NCBI RefSeq assembly: GCF_902713615.1
Contig: NC_052175.1
Coordinates: forward strand, 9,961,271 to 10,025,270
Source of the DNA: Scyliorhinus canicula
Taxonomy: Eukaryota
Direction of reading: 5' to 3'
Length of the DNA: 64,000 nucleotides
The translations under genes and the position numbers were made by a program. Below are positions 21,115 through 34,700 of this stretch, piece after piece (the first letter of the stretch is position 1; each line of letters starts with the position of its first letter). The notes under the pieces are model-generated. The model was not told where the DNA came from. It ran no database searches and saw nothing but the letters and a program-made list of their open reading frames with translations.

Positions 21115-23790
21115 TCCAACAGATGCTTTCCCATGGGCAAGGGGACATAGTTGCAAAAACAGACTTCTGGGGCTTACTGCGCGGGTACTTGGGTAGATCT
21201 AGATTTGATGATTGTCTTGATAGCAACCCACTTTTAGCTCCTGTGCCTACTTTGGTTCTGAAGCAACTTGGCATACCCTTACCATGGCACACAGGATCAC
21301 CGAGTAAAAGGCAGAGGTTCTTCTCCCTCCTGCATGCTCTTACACCCGGACCCCTGTGGCAAATCCCCCTGCTTTATTCATATAAATATAAAGGGCTTGA
21401 GAAATTAGGAAGCCCCAAGTCACGGGCGCTAATCATCGCTGTTTCAAGTTACAAAATGTTTGAGGTCACTCTGCCCTCCTGTTTGACATAAAATTCAATC
21501 AGCCAATTTCGTCCGTCCATTTCAGTATTAATCTCATGTCATTCGTTGTTCCTTTGTCCTCTTTGATCAGTTCTCCTATAGGCTTTGCCTTAGCGGGATG
21601 TCTTACGGCCAATGTTAAATGGGGTTCTGAAATTAAACCCATCCTAAAAAGGTCCCTCTGACTATGAGCCAACTGTACTAACATTCCTAACCCCACAATA
21701 CTGGAAAATAAAAAGGAGTGATATGCAATGAGGTCTGCTGTCCGAAGTTACTTTGCCTTTTTAAATTGTACGTGTGCTCATCCTCACGAGCATACCAACC
21801 CTGCAGTGGGTCACGATATTCTCTCGGCTGGACTCTGTCAGGTGTTTTAATAGCTGTGCCTCAGGGTCATTAATCTTTTGTAAGACTTCCCGCAGTTCTT
21901 CTTTTAACAGTGGTAGTGTAAGGGTTAACGTTCAACGGCCAGCATACAACACAGACACAGAGCGATCGGGCGCAGGCTCAGAAGTTGTTAAATTTTGCAG
22001 CTTGTGAGCTCGTTTTTGAGACAGTTCTATAAACATTCCATTATCAATGCAAAGTACTCCCGCTCCTAATTTGCAGAGTGTCTGTCTGCCTAATAGGGGA
22101 AGGTGTCGCGAGGTGGGGTACATCCTTCGCGGGGTTACATGTTTATTGGCCCCTTGCATGAGAGCCTCTTTTCTATATTTTCAAACCAGTGTTCATACAA
22201 GTGATTATCATTATTGGGAACCCAGCCGCCATTTATGCCGGCTGGGACTATAATCCCATCTTTCAAAGCTGGCCAAGATGCACCATAAGCATAATTTCAA
22301 GGCAGCAAACCATCTCCTGGGAGGGGGTCATGAATACCACACATGTAACTCAATTACCAATGATTGATTCGATACGCGCATTAGCTATTCTTGGAGATGT
22401 ATATTTTTCTTTGTCAATTCAGAAAAGGTCAATTATCTGCTGAAATGGTTAATGTTTCCTGCAGAACCTAAGGGGGCGCAGAACTTGGAATGATGCCATT
22501 TGCATCTCTTCACTTGATCTAAAAGCTTATTCATGTTCAATTACTTTGATTCGTAAAGGCATTTTCCTTCTTTTAAACTGATTTTAATTTCCACTGTTTC
22601 TGTGAATTAGAGAAATCTCAACACAAATCACTGAAGTTATAATCTCTGACTCACAATAACAGAAGATAAAAAATACAACTCACTTAGCACTTCATGCTTT
22701 GAATAAAATTAATTGGTTAACAAAAACACACACTCAACTCAAAAATATCACAGTTAACCATTAGCCTTATCTCACGGCGATAGAAAATCTGATTTCCCTT
22801 TTGGAAAGGTACCCAACTGTTCCGCTTTTACCTTAATCTTCTATTTACTTTTACTCCCCTGTCTTTTTCCGAGAGGGGGACAGCTTCATCAGGTTCCTAT
22901 AGGGTCATATAGGTTTACCAACCACTTTCCGTTGCTTCACGATTGTTTATTTTCATTATCTTACTCATTTTGATTCCCTTGTCTGTCTTCTTTCAGGAGT
23001 TCACCTTCTTTCTCGCTCCTGATGCCCTTATCGATGCTTCGGGACGACCTGTGAGGGGGAATCGAGTTTATTGATCATCGCTCATTCTGCAAAATACTTT
23101 AGATCATATATATAACAATAGCAACGACCGCAGAAATCATTTACAAATACTACTGGGGGCGCACACCGGTGTTTATCCTTTCACGAACTTTGAAGTCTCT
23201 TTTTTTCAATGTTAGTCTCTAAGGGACCTTTTTTCTTCCCATGCAGCTATCGTTAATTTATAAATTAAGATAATTCACCCTAGCATGAGTCACCGGCCAG
23301 TAATTAAGTCTGCCGAGCAGCAGATCCCCCTTTCAGCTGGGGTCCCGTTAAGGCTCTCTCCCTTTCAGCTGAGACGACGCCAATTTGTCGTAGAAATTAT
23401 AATACAGACAAATTCCTGGAGGTTCTAGTTAAGAAAATGTACTTACACAAATATATTTGCGGAGAGAGAATGTTCTGGCTTTGTTGTAAGTGCACGGCAA
23501 TCTGTGATTCGATTGAAGGAAGCATATCTTTATAGTCTGAAATAACAGCTTGAAGTAAAAAGCCATGTTTATATTCAATTGACATGGAAAGTATGTGCGA
23601 TGAAATACGTAGTACGTATGTTCTTGCCCTTGGTTAAAACCAACTCGTGTCATACATTTTGTTATCTTTCGGAGGACAACGTGTTATCATAATAATGCCG
23701 AGTCCAATATACAATATTGTTACCTGACGTACTTACTTTCGTTCTAAAAGCTGTGTTAAACTGTATAGTCAAGCATTTCCCAGCATGCAT
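21115..23790 (-). mobile_element. Degraded class I (gamma/epsilon-like) endogenous retrovirus: putative 5' LTR, PBS, gag remnant, protease end and partial pol
   Basis: Minus-strand remnants PLLGRQTLCKLGA (protease C-terminus), LETAMISARDLGLPNFSSPL, GGFATGV...AFYS and GMPSCFR (RT connection region). ...CGACA AAT TGGCGTCGTC at 23390-23373 resembles an LTR end plus PBS. Confidence 0.7.
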
Positions 23791-23829
23791 CTAAGTTAGC
23801 AACTCATTAATTTCCCTTCCGCAGCATCA

Positions 23830-24625
23830 TATGCACATATGTTCACATACAGACGCGCACAATCATGCACACGCAAATTAACATTCACAAACACATGTAC
23901 ACTCATTCTCTCTCTCTCACACAAACAGACTCATTATAAAACACACAGTACCATTCAATCACATTCACAGATACACATTAACACTCCTTCTTGCAGATGC
24001 ACACTCATGAAATCACAACTGACCCAAACACAAGAATAAACACAATGAAACTCATCGACTCACACACAAACGCACACAGCCTGAAGCACAAACGCATATA
24101 TTGACACACACTGGAAAGCTGAATTATATTATATTGCGATGCACAACTGCACTACACTGGGATTCTGGAGTGAATGGTGCCCAGATATATGAGTGTATTG
24201 CACTGGATTTCGGAATGAATGTTACTGAGACATAGCAGTGCACTGTACTTGTGTGCCGGATTGCGCTACAATATAATGCAACATTGTACATCTGTGAGCA
24301 GGGAGTTTGCTGTACTGAGGTATTGGAGTATGCTATATTTTGATGCGGGACTGTAGTGTTATGGGATGTTAGAGTATGCTAGACTGGGATGCAGGAATTC
24401 ACGATGCGAGGATGTGTGCTAGTGTGCTGTACTGCGGGGCAATGTTTCATGATGCTGGTTTGCAAGATCGCACGGTACTAGTTTGCAGGTATATACCATG
24501 GAGGAATGCAAGAATGTGCTGTACTGGGATGCATGAATGAGCTGTATTGGGTGGCAATGTTTCATGGTATTGGGATGCAGCACTTTTTTGTACTTAGGTT
24601 CAGGAATTCGCTGTACTGTGGTCCA
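23830..24625. repeat. CA-rich low-complexity tract followed by degenerate CTGTACTG/GGATGC-type repeats
   Basis: Visible compositional bias and recurring GTGCTGTACTG motifs. Confidence 0.55.
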
Positions 24626-24699
24626 CATTTTTCAGTGCTTGTTCAACATTGCAGTGTGCAGACCATACCATGCAGAGCCTAGTGCCTTTTAAATGATTT

Positions 24700-26620
24700 G
24701 AACATTCCAGCATCAACCATCAAGTTAGACAGTGCATTCCAGACACCCATCGCCCTCTGGGTGAAAAGAGCATTCCATGAAGTCCGCTCTGATCCTTTTT
24801 TTCCAATCTCATTTCACGTTTGCCGCTATCAGATCCACAGCTGAAAGAAACACATCTTCCCTGTCCAACCTGTCCAGGCCCCTCATAATTTTGTAAATAT
24901 CCATAAGGTCTGCCCTTAGCCTCCTGTGTTGGAAGGATAACAACCCGAGACAATCTCTCCTCATTGCCTCAATTTGTAAGCCATGACAACATGTTTGTAA
25001 ATCTCTTCCTCACTCTCTCCAGGGCATTTAGGTCCTCCCTGTAATGTGGTGATCTGAATTGTAAAAAGTCTCCAGCTCTGGTCTAATAGCGTTTAGACCG
25101 TTCCAACAATACATCCTCCTTCTGTATTCATTATCTATCCCGATAAAGAAACACATTCCAGATGTTTTCTTGACCACCTTGTCGACCTGTTCTGCCACAT
25201 TTTTGGGCCAGTGGGCATGCACTTCAAGGTCGCCCACTTCCTCTCCCCCTCTCAATATCTACCTGTCTATTTAATATACCCGAGCCTTGCTTTCCCTACC
25301 CAAATTCATTACCTCACACTTTTCCGGCTGGAATACCATTCACCATTCTTTGCAAACTCAACCAAATCATTGACAACATTCTAGAGGTGACAGATATGCT
25401 CATCACTATCAACTACATTGTGAGCACAGTAGCACGGTACTTAGCACTGTCGCTTCACAGCTACAGGGTCCCAAGTTCGATTCACGGCTTGGGACACTGT
25501 GTGGAGTCTGCACGTTCTCCCTGTGCCTGCGTGAGTTTCGTCCGGGTGCTCCGGTTTCTTCCCACAAGTCCATGTGCTGGTTAGGTGGATTGGCCAGGCT
25601 TAATTGCTGTCAGTGTCCAAAGACGTTTAGAGGGGTTATTGTGTTACGGGGATAGTGTAGAGGTGTGATCTTAGGCAGGGTAATCTTTCCATGGGCCGAT
25701 GCAGACTTAATGGGCCGCGTGGTCTCCTACTGCCCAGTAACGTCTATGATGATGATGATGTGTCAACGGCCAAAATCTGTGTCAGCTGCAAATTTAACAT
25801 TTTTCCACCCACATTTATGCCTAAATCATTAATATTTGCAACAAACAACATGGCCTCGACACTGACGCCCATGGCGATCACTGAAATCTCTTTTTCATGT
25901 GCAATATGCTTGCCCTTTGCTTCCTATCACTGAGCCAGTTTTGGATCCAACCTGCCTCTTTCCCCTGTATCCCATGATATGTTACTTTTCTAACCATTCT
26001 GCCATGAGGGACCTTGTGAAATACATTACTGAAATCCACGTAGACAATATCCACTGCAATACCGTCACCAATCTTCCTCTCTTACATTTTCATAAAAATC
26101 TATGGAGTTCGTAAGTCATGATCTTCTCCAAATTAAACCATACTGACCAGCCATGATCAATCCGTGCCTTTCTAAGTGACAGTTTGACTCTCAAAATTGT
26201 TTCCAATAATCTTCCCACTACTGGAGTCAGACTGTCTGGCATATAGCATTCAGGCCTATCCCTTGCACCATCCTAAAATAACGGTTAAACATTTCTCGGC
26301 CTCTAACCTTCTGATACCTCACCTGTATAGAAGGAGCATGGGAAAATGAACCTTAAAGCGGCGGCCCATTTCCTTCCTAGCTACCTTGAACAGCCTGAAG
26401 ACAATCCATATGAACCTGGTAATTTCTCCACCTTCCAGTATCAGTGCATCCTCTATATTATGGTTACCATAATGGTTCCATCTGCCCCTTCCCCCACTTA
26501 CCCAACTTCATTTCCGTGGGTTAAATCTAGATGTGCACGCGTCTCATTGGCGTTATTGCGTGCTGGCGAGAAACATTATCTTCAATATAGTTGAAATGTC
26601 TTTCGCACTATTTGTATCCG
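24700..26620 (-). mobile_element. Degraded CR1-type ORF2 remnants with a plus-strand SINE at about 25420-25745
   Basis: VAEQVDKVVKK and further RT-region remnants on the minus strand. Confidence 0.7.
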
Positions 26621-27289
26621 AATTGATATTTGGGTAGTTGAGGTCCCGAGAGATATCCCCTATTTTTTTACACTCAGAAATCTGACTATATTTGCCCTTC
26701 TAACTCATTTATGCAAATTGGTGGATTATCATAGTTGTAGCAGTGAGAATTCACGGTTAGAAATTTCTGAGCTCAACGGATATGACCTGATTTGACGTTA
26801 CATTTAGTATATCATCCATCCTGTCATTGATTCTTCATCCTATAATGGTGCCCCCCCCCCCCCCACTCCCTATCCTGCTTGGAAACTCAGTATCAACTCT
26901 TGCGATCATGAACGATAGTGACATTTAAGGGGCATCTTGCCAAATACATGAATAGGATGGGATTAGAAAGTGTGGAAGATTTTAGATTAGAAGGGCAGCA
27001 TTGTCGGCACAGGCTTGAGGGTCCGAAGGGCCTGTTGCTGTGCTGTACTTTTCTTTGTTCTTTGTTCTAAATGCCATGGTTTCCCCTACTCAAGCCAAGT
27101 CTCTGTTGTGGCAATTATATCATTCCACCATGTGTCTATTAGTGACCTAAACTCATCAGATTTATTGACTATGATCCTTGAATTTACATATAACTATCTA
27201 TATATATATATATATATAGGCACTGCTACACATCTGTGCGTTGTCTGTTTTTCGGCGTCAGTCACTGATTCCCAATATTTTGATCCAGG

Positions 27290-28350
27290 CTCTTAACTTA
27301 CCTTCAGATTCCCAACTCTTCAATTAATCTAGATTAATACCTCCACCCTTCACGTCCCCCAACAACGCTAACATATATTCATCCCATTCCTTTGCAGCTG
27401 TAGATGATTTGACTAGCACAGCTCTGATTCCATGAATCTGTTATACTGCATCAAAAAGCTGATGTCCTCCCACTTATGGCGCCTATACGACCATGGGATT
27501 ACTCCCTCAGTCTCTTGTTTGCATAATCATCAGCATGTTGGACAGTGAGTAATCCTGAGATTTCTGATTTTGCGATCATTAGTTCCAAGCTCCCTTTTAA
27601 TTCCCTAAAGTCTGCTTTCAGGAACTTGCAATCTTCCCTATCTGATCCATTGGGACAGACGTGGACGGCAACCTCTAGCTGATCGCGCTGCTCTAGAAGA
27701 ATGCGCTGAAGTTGTTCCGTGACATTCTTGGTCCTAGCACCAGGGAGGCAACATAGCATCCTGGAGTCAAGTATATGGTCAGACAGAAACACCTCATTGA
27801 ACGATTGCATTTTTATTGCTGTTCATATCCCCTACTTTCCCTCCTCCCGTACAGCAGATTTGTCTATGGTGCCACAGATAAGTCTCTGAGCAAACTCTTC
27901 TGAGGAATTAACACTCTCTCTTGTATGCAAAACGGAACTCTGATCAATCAACGGGACATCAGGGGATTCTCCACAACATGTATGGTTTTCTTGGACTGCC
28001 CACCTGCCGTCAATGCCCTTTCTGCCGAAGGCTCCGATGTTGCTGTGAGGGGCCGTGATTGAACATGCTCTCCGCATAGTTCCTGGCCTCGTGGATGTGT
28101 CACAGTGACTGCAGCCACCGCCTGAGCTCCAAAGCTCACAACTCAGGGTATTGCAGCCGGTGACACTTTCTACACACGTGCTGGTCTTGACAGAACGAGG
28201 ATCCAATACTTCCCACATACTGCAGGAAGGACAGACCTTAACACTGAGTTGTATTGCCGTGGCTTCAATTTTCTTCTGTCGCATTAACCTTATTTCACTT
28301 TGGTTAACGTATGTAGCATTATTCCACATGACCTCGAATTTATTTCGCTA
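27290..28350 (-). mobile_element. Degraded CR1 ORF1 (Cys-rich N-terminus plus SGNH/esterase-like domain)
   Basis: VCPSCSMWEV and RMLCCLPGAR...LQRIL...VAVHV parallel the ORF1 at 40303. Confidence 0.75.
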
Positions 28351-28385
28351 TTGCTTGTGTTTCTCACTGTAAGTAGACCATTCTT

Positions 28386-28660
28386 TTAAAAATAATGTGT
28401 TTTTCTATTTCTCAGCTCCTTGATAACCACGGTTTTCCATCGGTTTGTTAAATATACATTTCTAATTAATGGAGAATTTAGTGCTGCCAATCCACCTTCC
28501 CAGCACATCTTTCGGTTGTGTGGGCGATCCCACGCAGACATGGGGGGTGGGGGCGGCGGGGGCAGAATTTCCAAACTCCACATGGACAGTGACCCGGGCT
28601 TCAAGTCGAACCCGGGACCTCTGTACCGTGAGGCATCAGTGCTAACCATTGCGCCGCCCT
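28386..28660 (-). mobile_element. Short-tail V-SINE
   Basis: Reverse complement of the head and core. Confidence 0.75.
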
Positions 28661-28679
28661 AGATGTCATTGGTAAAATG

Positions 28680-29200
28680 AGTGTGCTGCAAATATGCAGG
28701 AGCGTGCTGTCGTTGGATTAAACAGTTGTTGCACTGGGCTGCAGTGTATGCTCTAATGTGAAGAAGGAATGAACAGTTCTGAGTTGAAGGAGTTCGCTGA
28801 GCTGTGATGCCGAGATTTATGCCATTGACAATCAAGAGTGTGCTTTACTGTGATGAAGGAATGCACAGTTCCAAGTTGAAGGAAAGTGCTTTACTGTGAT
28901 GCAGGGATTTGTGTTATTGAGATTCAAGAGTGAGTTGTACTGTGATGAAGGAATGCACAGTTGTGAGTGAAGGAGTATGCTGTAATGTAATGCAAGTGTT
29001 TATGTCATTGAGATTCAGGAGTGCGCTGTACTGGAATGCTGCTCTCGTCTGCAGTTGTGTCTGGCATGGAGATACAGCTGGCTGCTGTTATGGGATGCAT
29101 GAGTGCATTGAACAGTGAGGCAGCAGTGCCCCGTACTCGTTCCATGTCTGGGGAGTGTAAAACACCAGAGTCAAGAAAAATGCAGTAGCATTCCAGTCTT
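28680..29200. repeat. Degenerate tandem repeat (ACTGTGATG/GGAATGCACAG motifs)
   Basis: Recurring TACTGTGATGAAGGAATGCACAGTT at about 28846 and 28938; similar in style to 24120-24625. Confidence 0.5.
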
Positions 29201-29825
29201 TTCTGGCTCAGAAACATAGTTGTGCTTTGTCAGATTTTTCGTCTAATGGTGAACCATGTTCTCATTGCCCAGTGTACAATTTAACTCAGTCTGCTTTATT
29301 GTATAACAGGGAAAGGAACAAGTTCTCTGGGTATTAGGCAGAATGTTTTGGTGCAATCAATTCACAGTCAGCGTGCAAACGGAATAACAGACTTAGATTA
29401 AAACAGAGGCTGGAGTGGGCAGGATGCATGGTAACACAATACAGAAAATTGATATTTTTCTCGAAAGTTCCCAGTGACGGTGTGGAAGTCAATAACTTTT
29501 GAAGTCTTAATTTCTGCTTCCTGCCATTGTTTCCTTCCCGGTTGCTGTCCTGACTTTCAAAACACATTAATTTTTAAAACAATGATCAGAAAAACTGGCC
29601 AAACCTTAGGAAACAAACACCCCCTCACTGACTGGAATTTGAATTAGTCGAGAAAAGAAAACCATAATAAGTTTTCATTCCGACAGTAACCTCTCATTAA
29701 ATGCTCAGAGTCAGCTTGTAAACGCCATGCATCGAAAATGTATACCTGGCAAGGCCAATATTATTGCATATCTCTAATTGCCCTCAGTTGCTGGTGAGCC
29801 ACCTACTTGAAGTATTGTACTCCAT

Positions 29826-30172
29826 GGGGCAGCACGGTAGCATTGTGGATAGAACAATTGCTTCACAGCTCCAGGGTCCCAGGTTCGATTCCGGCTTGGG
29901 TCACTGTCTGTGCGGAGTCTACACATCCTCCCCGTGTGTGCGTGGGTTTCCTCCGGGTGCTCCAGTTTCCTCCCACAGTCCAAAGATGTGCAGGTTAGGT
30001 GGATTGGCCATGATAAATTGCCCTTCGTGTCCAAAATTGTCCTTAGTGTTGGGTGGGGTTACTGGGTTATGGGGATAGGGTGGAGGTGTTGACCTTGGGT
30101 AGGTGCTCTTTCCAAGAGCCGGTGCAGACTCGATGGGCCGAATGGCCTCCTTCTGCACTGTAAATTCTATGA
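29826..30172 (+). mobile_element. Full-length V-SINE just 3' of the GPCR stop codon
   Basis: Head GGGGCAGCACGGTAGCATTGTGG, core, tail CTGCACTGTAAATTCTATG. Confidence 0.9.
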
Positions 30173-30331
30173 AATGTAGGTGCACCCATGTTAGGGAGGG
30201 CTTTTCAGGATTTTGCATGGTAGCAGTGAACGAAGGACAACGTAATTCCATGTCGGAAAGGTAGTTGTACACAAATAAGTAAAACTGGGATTGAATTCTT
30301 CGGACTGTGACGCAGAAAATACGTAAAAATG

Positions 30332-31245
30332 TTAAAAATGTTTGAGTCCTTCTGACTGAAATCTGGCAATTATTGTGAGGGGATATTTCACTCCATTCTT
30401 CAGCTCATGTCTGAATTTCTTCTGCGTAACAGCATATATGAACGTGTTGGTGCAGCAATTCAGGAGCTGAAGCATGAACCCTATTTCACGAACAAATGTT
30501 GGCAGGGGATCTGGAAGCCCCAAGTAATCTAGTCGTTTCAATACAGAACACACCATGAAGACGACCCACAACACTATGAAATTCCCCGAAATCACAAACA
30601 GTAAAATCATGGATTTCCTTCGTCTCCTCATCTCTAGGTCACTGGTACTGTCCCCACTGCTCTGACACTGGAATCGCCTGCGAGACCTGTTGGCCACGAT
30701 AATATTTTTCACCGTCAATGCATTGAACAACAGTATCAAAACAAATGGAAATAAAGGATTTGAAACATAATGAATAAATTCAATGATGGACCAGACCAAC
30801 GAGCGAAGTACAGCAAGCTTCACGTGGCAAAACCAAGGACTGTTAGAAAGTGAATATGCACTTGTATACATAAAAAACCAGAAAATGTTCTTCAAACAAC
30901 TAAGTGCAGTCACTACCCCAAGGACAATAGAGGCTGTCTTCACAGTGCAGTATTTAGTTTTCAGTTTTTGAGAACAGATAGCCACAAATCGATCAAAGGT
31001 GAAAGTGACGGTGAACCAGACAGAACAGTCAGTGACAGCATAAAGCAGAACGGCATGATAATTGCAAATGCGAACAGAGTACATAAAGGTTGATTGCTCA
31101 CGATAAACGATAGGAATCTGCCTGAGTATCAGATCGATGATAACCACCAATAGGTCCGCTACTGCCATTGCAACAAGGTAGCTTGTTACACATTTAGAGA
31201 GGCCACACTTACCACGACAGATGACCACAATCGTCACCACGTTAA
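30332..31245 (-). CDS. GPR139/GPR142-like class A GPCR, exon 2 (end of TM1 to TM7 and C-terminus; 336 aa in total)
   Basis: Uninterrupted ORF, acceptor TGCTTTCAG|TT AAC, motifs AMAVADLL (TM2), FTFDRFVAIC (TM3), NCCTNTFIY (TM7), several hydrophobic helices. Orthology to GPR139 itself is not established. Confidence 0.9.
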
Positions 31246-31577
31246 CTGAAAGCACAAAGGGAATGTAGAGTTATACACCACAATGCCAGAATACTAAAGT
31301 ATTTCCCATAAACCAAGGCAATATTTTCAGTAATATGCATAAGTATATTCTTCACAATCAATTAATATTCGTCAAGGACCTGCAGTGATGAAATATAGTA
31401 TTGCAGAATATTTTAGAACAAAAATGGAGTTCGGGTGTGTAATCAGTGAAATCAGTGTAATAAATCACACAAATTAAACATGACTTCAAATGTATTGTGA
31501 ATTTAAACTAAATAGAATAGAATAAGAAGAGATAAATTCAAATAAAAAGAAACCAATCTGCTGGACTTCATGAATGA

Positions 31578-31780
31578 TATGGAGATGCCGGCGTTGGACT
31601 GAGGTGAGCACAGTAAGAAGTCTGACAACAACAGGTTAAAGTCCAACATGTTTGTTTCAAACACTAGCATTCGGAACACTGCTCCTTCTTCAGGTGAATG
31701 AGGAATGAGCAGTGCTCCAAAAGCAAGTGTTTGAAACAAACATGTTGGACTTTAAACTGGTGTTGTCAGACATCTTGCCG
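31578..31780. mobile_element. Degraded Penelope-like inverted-repeat copy in the GPCR intron
   Basis: Same TGGAGATGCCGGCGTTGGACTG... sequence as 16708; hammerhead GAAA changed to GAAT (minus) and AAAA (plus). Confidence 0.75.
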
Positions 31781-31939
31781 GACTTCATCCGAATAACCAC
31801 AGGAGACCAGGGACAGGTTGCAGTCGGTCATTCGATTCAGGCATGGAGGGAACTCTCCCAGAAAATGCTGTGGAGGAACACCCTTTTACAAAACTCAGCT
31901 CTAATAAAGCTCTCAGAGGGAGAGCTTGCTAATAGGCCT

Positions 31940-32640
31940 GTCTCTTCCATAAAACGTTGGTTAGTCTATAAAACGTTGGTTATCGCACAGCTGGAATTTT
32001 GTCTGCAATTTTAAAATCCGCATCATCGGAGAAATATGATTGTCCGTTCGGGAACATGGGGAGATTGACAAGGATTCTGCCTGGGCTGGAGCGGTTTAGT
32101 TATGAAAAGAGATTTGGTAGGCTGTTTATTTTTCTGGGAGGAGAGGAGACTGAGGGGACCATGATTGTCATGTATAAAAGAATGAGGGGCATAGATAAAT
32201 TAGACAGGAAGAAACATTTCCCATTGGTGGAGCGAGCAATGACCAATGGGGAACATATTTAATGAAAATGAAAATCGCTTATTGTCATGAGTAGGCTTCA
32301 ATGAAGTTACTGTGAAAAGCCCCTTACCGCCACATTCCGGCGCATATTCGGGGAGGCTGGTAAGGGAATTGAACCGTGCTGCTGGCCTGCCTTGGTCTGC
32401 TTTAAAAGGCAGCGATTTAGCCCAGTGTGCTAAACCAGCCCCAGGTAAGGGGCAGGAGGTTTAGAGGATATCTGAGTAAAATAATTTTCCTCCAAAGCGT
32501 GGTGAGTGCCTGTACCTCAATGCCTGAAATGGTGGTGGAGGTAGTAACTCTCTTGACACTTAAAAAATGTGTTTAGATGTGGGTCTGAGATGCCAAGGCC
32601 AAGTGCGGGAAAATTGGATTATAATCTGGTTGTTTTCTTC
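31940..32640 (+). mobile_element. Degraded CR1 3' fragment interrupted by a second-family SINE (32263-32445, minus)
   Basis: RLTRILPGLERFSYEKR remnant; LINE sequence resumes after the SINE. Confidence 0.75.
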
Positions 32641-32689
32641 AAGTAATTGCCTGTGAGGGAGAAACACTTTTCCAAAGAATTTCTATTGT

Positions 32690-33808
32690 GCAGAAGCAGG
32701 TCATTCGTCCCAGCAGATCTGCACTGACCCTGAAAAATCGCAGCCCTTCTCGGACCACTATCCCAACCTATCCCGAGAACCCTACTTAATCTGCAGTCAT
32801 TGGATACTGAAGGTCAATTGGTCGAAACACCGAATTTGCAGATCTTTGAACAGTGAGAGAAATCGAGAGCACATGGGGATAACACAAAAACTCCGCATCG
32901 TCACGCAAGGCCGGGATTGAACAGGAGGTACCCGGCACGGTAAGGGAGAAATTTTAACCACTGTGCCACCGTACCGCCTGTTCCAATTGTTCAACTCCAA
33001 TTCAGCTCGAGAAGGGAGAGCAATCAAAGAAATGTCGTTCATCCGGCCTCCGCAACTTATTCCGGAACAGCCTGGAGAAAACGTACGATTTTGCCACACT
33101 TTGTGTGAGTGAAGCAGTCCTTTCTGCTTTCAGATCTGAAAGGCTTATCTGTTCAGCTTAACAGCTCTAAACACCGTGCAGGCGATGGGAAATAAGCGGG
33201 TTACGTAGAAAAAGAAAACTGGTTTTCAGTTAATTAACAGTGCTCACTTTGTGTGCTCACACACGTACTGGGACAGCTCCAGGGTCCCGAACCTGGGACC
33301 CTGGAGCTGTGAAGCAATTGTGCTAACCACGATGCCACCGTAAATGTATTTAGGGCATTAAGCACTCCTGTAGAAAATACAAACTCCTGACAGTCAGTCA
33401 CTCAACGCCGGACTTGGACCCGTATGCCTGCCACTATGAGGCAGCAGTGCTAACCACTGTGCCACCGTTCTGGCCCGATAGTGTCATACAATTTACAGTG
33501 CAGAAGGAGGCCATTCGGCACATCGAGTCTGCACCGGCTCTTGGAATAAGCACCCTACCCATGCCCACACCCCCACACTATCCCCATAACCCAGTCACCC
33601 CACCCAGCACGAAAGGCAAATTAGTATGACCAATCCACCTAACCGGCACATCTTTCGACTGTGGTAGGAAACCGGAGCAACCGGAGGAAACCATCGCACA
33701 CACGGGGAGAACGTGCCAACTCTGCAGACAGTAACCCAAGCTTGGAATCGAACCTGGGACCCTGGAGCTGTGAAGCAATTGTGCTAACCACGATGCCACC
33801 GTGCTGCT
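32690..33808 (-). mobile_element. Cluster of V-SINE copies and fragments
   Basis: Degraded copy 32690-32975, head fragments 33273-33340 and 33390-33470, full copy 33485-33808. Confidence 0.75.
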
Positions 33809-34299
33809 CTATATATTAGCTACATTTAAAAGACAATTGAGAATGTGGTGTATCCTCCGTCTCCTGCACACTGAATTAGAACAATTGAATTAGCTACAAA
33901 ATCCTTCAGTACTATGGAAAAAAATAGTGAAACTGCAGAATTGTATCAAGAATGGCATTAACAATAGTCAAAAGGTCATATCATATGCCAGTCAGACGCA
34001 CAAGCGCACCAGTCATTTGAAATAAAACAGGCCAAGAGCTTAAAAATAATGAACAATTGCTTAAAATTAGAATTGTGAGAAGTGGAAACAGAAATTTTCA
34101 GACAACGAATCACACGATGTTGAAATCCTTAAAAAGGAAGCTGCTGGAAGAATGTTCAATGTTCATTAACCTGGTAGCAATGATTCTTTCAGCAGAATGA
34201 TTACAACATGCTGAATATGTGACCAGATGAGATCAGGGGCAAATTTCCCAAACAACACCTGTCTCCGTACGTACAGCAAACTGGAAACACTTAATGAAA

Positions 34300-34700
34300 T
34301 ACGGAGTAGTTTGACGGAATTCAGAAAGTTAACATATTATGGGCGACTCGTTGGAGTTTAGAAGGTTGAGGGGGGGAACTCATTGCAATATCCAGGATAG
34401 TGAGAGACCTTGAAATAGTGGACATGGAGAGAATGTTTCCACTTGTAGAAAAAACAAGAACCCGAAGGTAAAGACTCAGACTGTAGGCACGATCCTTTAA
34501 AACAGAGGTGAGAAGGAATTTATTCAGCCAGATGACGGTGAATCTGTGGAACACTGCCGCAGATGGTTGTGTACACCAAATCAGTGAGCGGCTTTAAGAC
34601 AGAGAGAGATAGGTTGCTGATTAACATTGGGACCAGGGTTTACGGGGCGAAGGCAGGATTATGTGGTTGAGAAACGTCTCAACCACCAATGAATGGCCGT
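34300..34700 (+). mobile_element. Degraded CR1 3' fragment
   Basis: TTGGAGTTTAGAAGGTTGAGGGGG...TTTAAAACAGAGGTGAGAAGGAATT, the CR1 ORF2 C-terminal signature. Confidence 0.7.

Noticed and set aside
22860-22895. CTGATGA...GAAA on the minus strand as another hammerhead
   Set aside because: No stem II pairing between the two core motifs.
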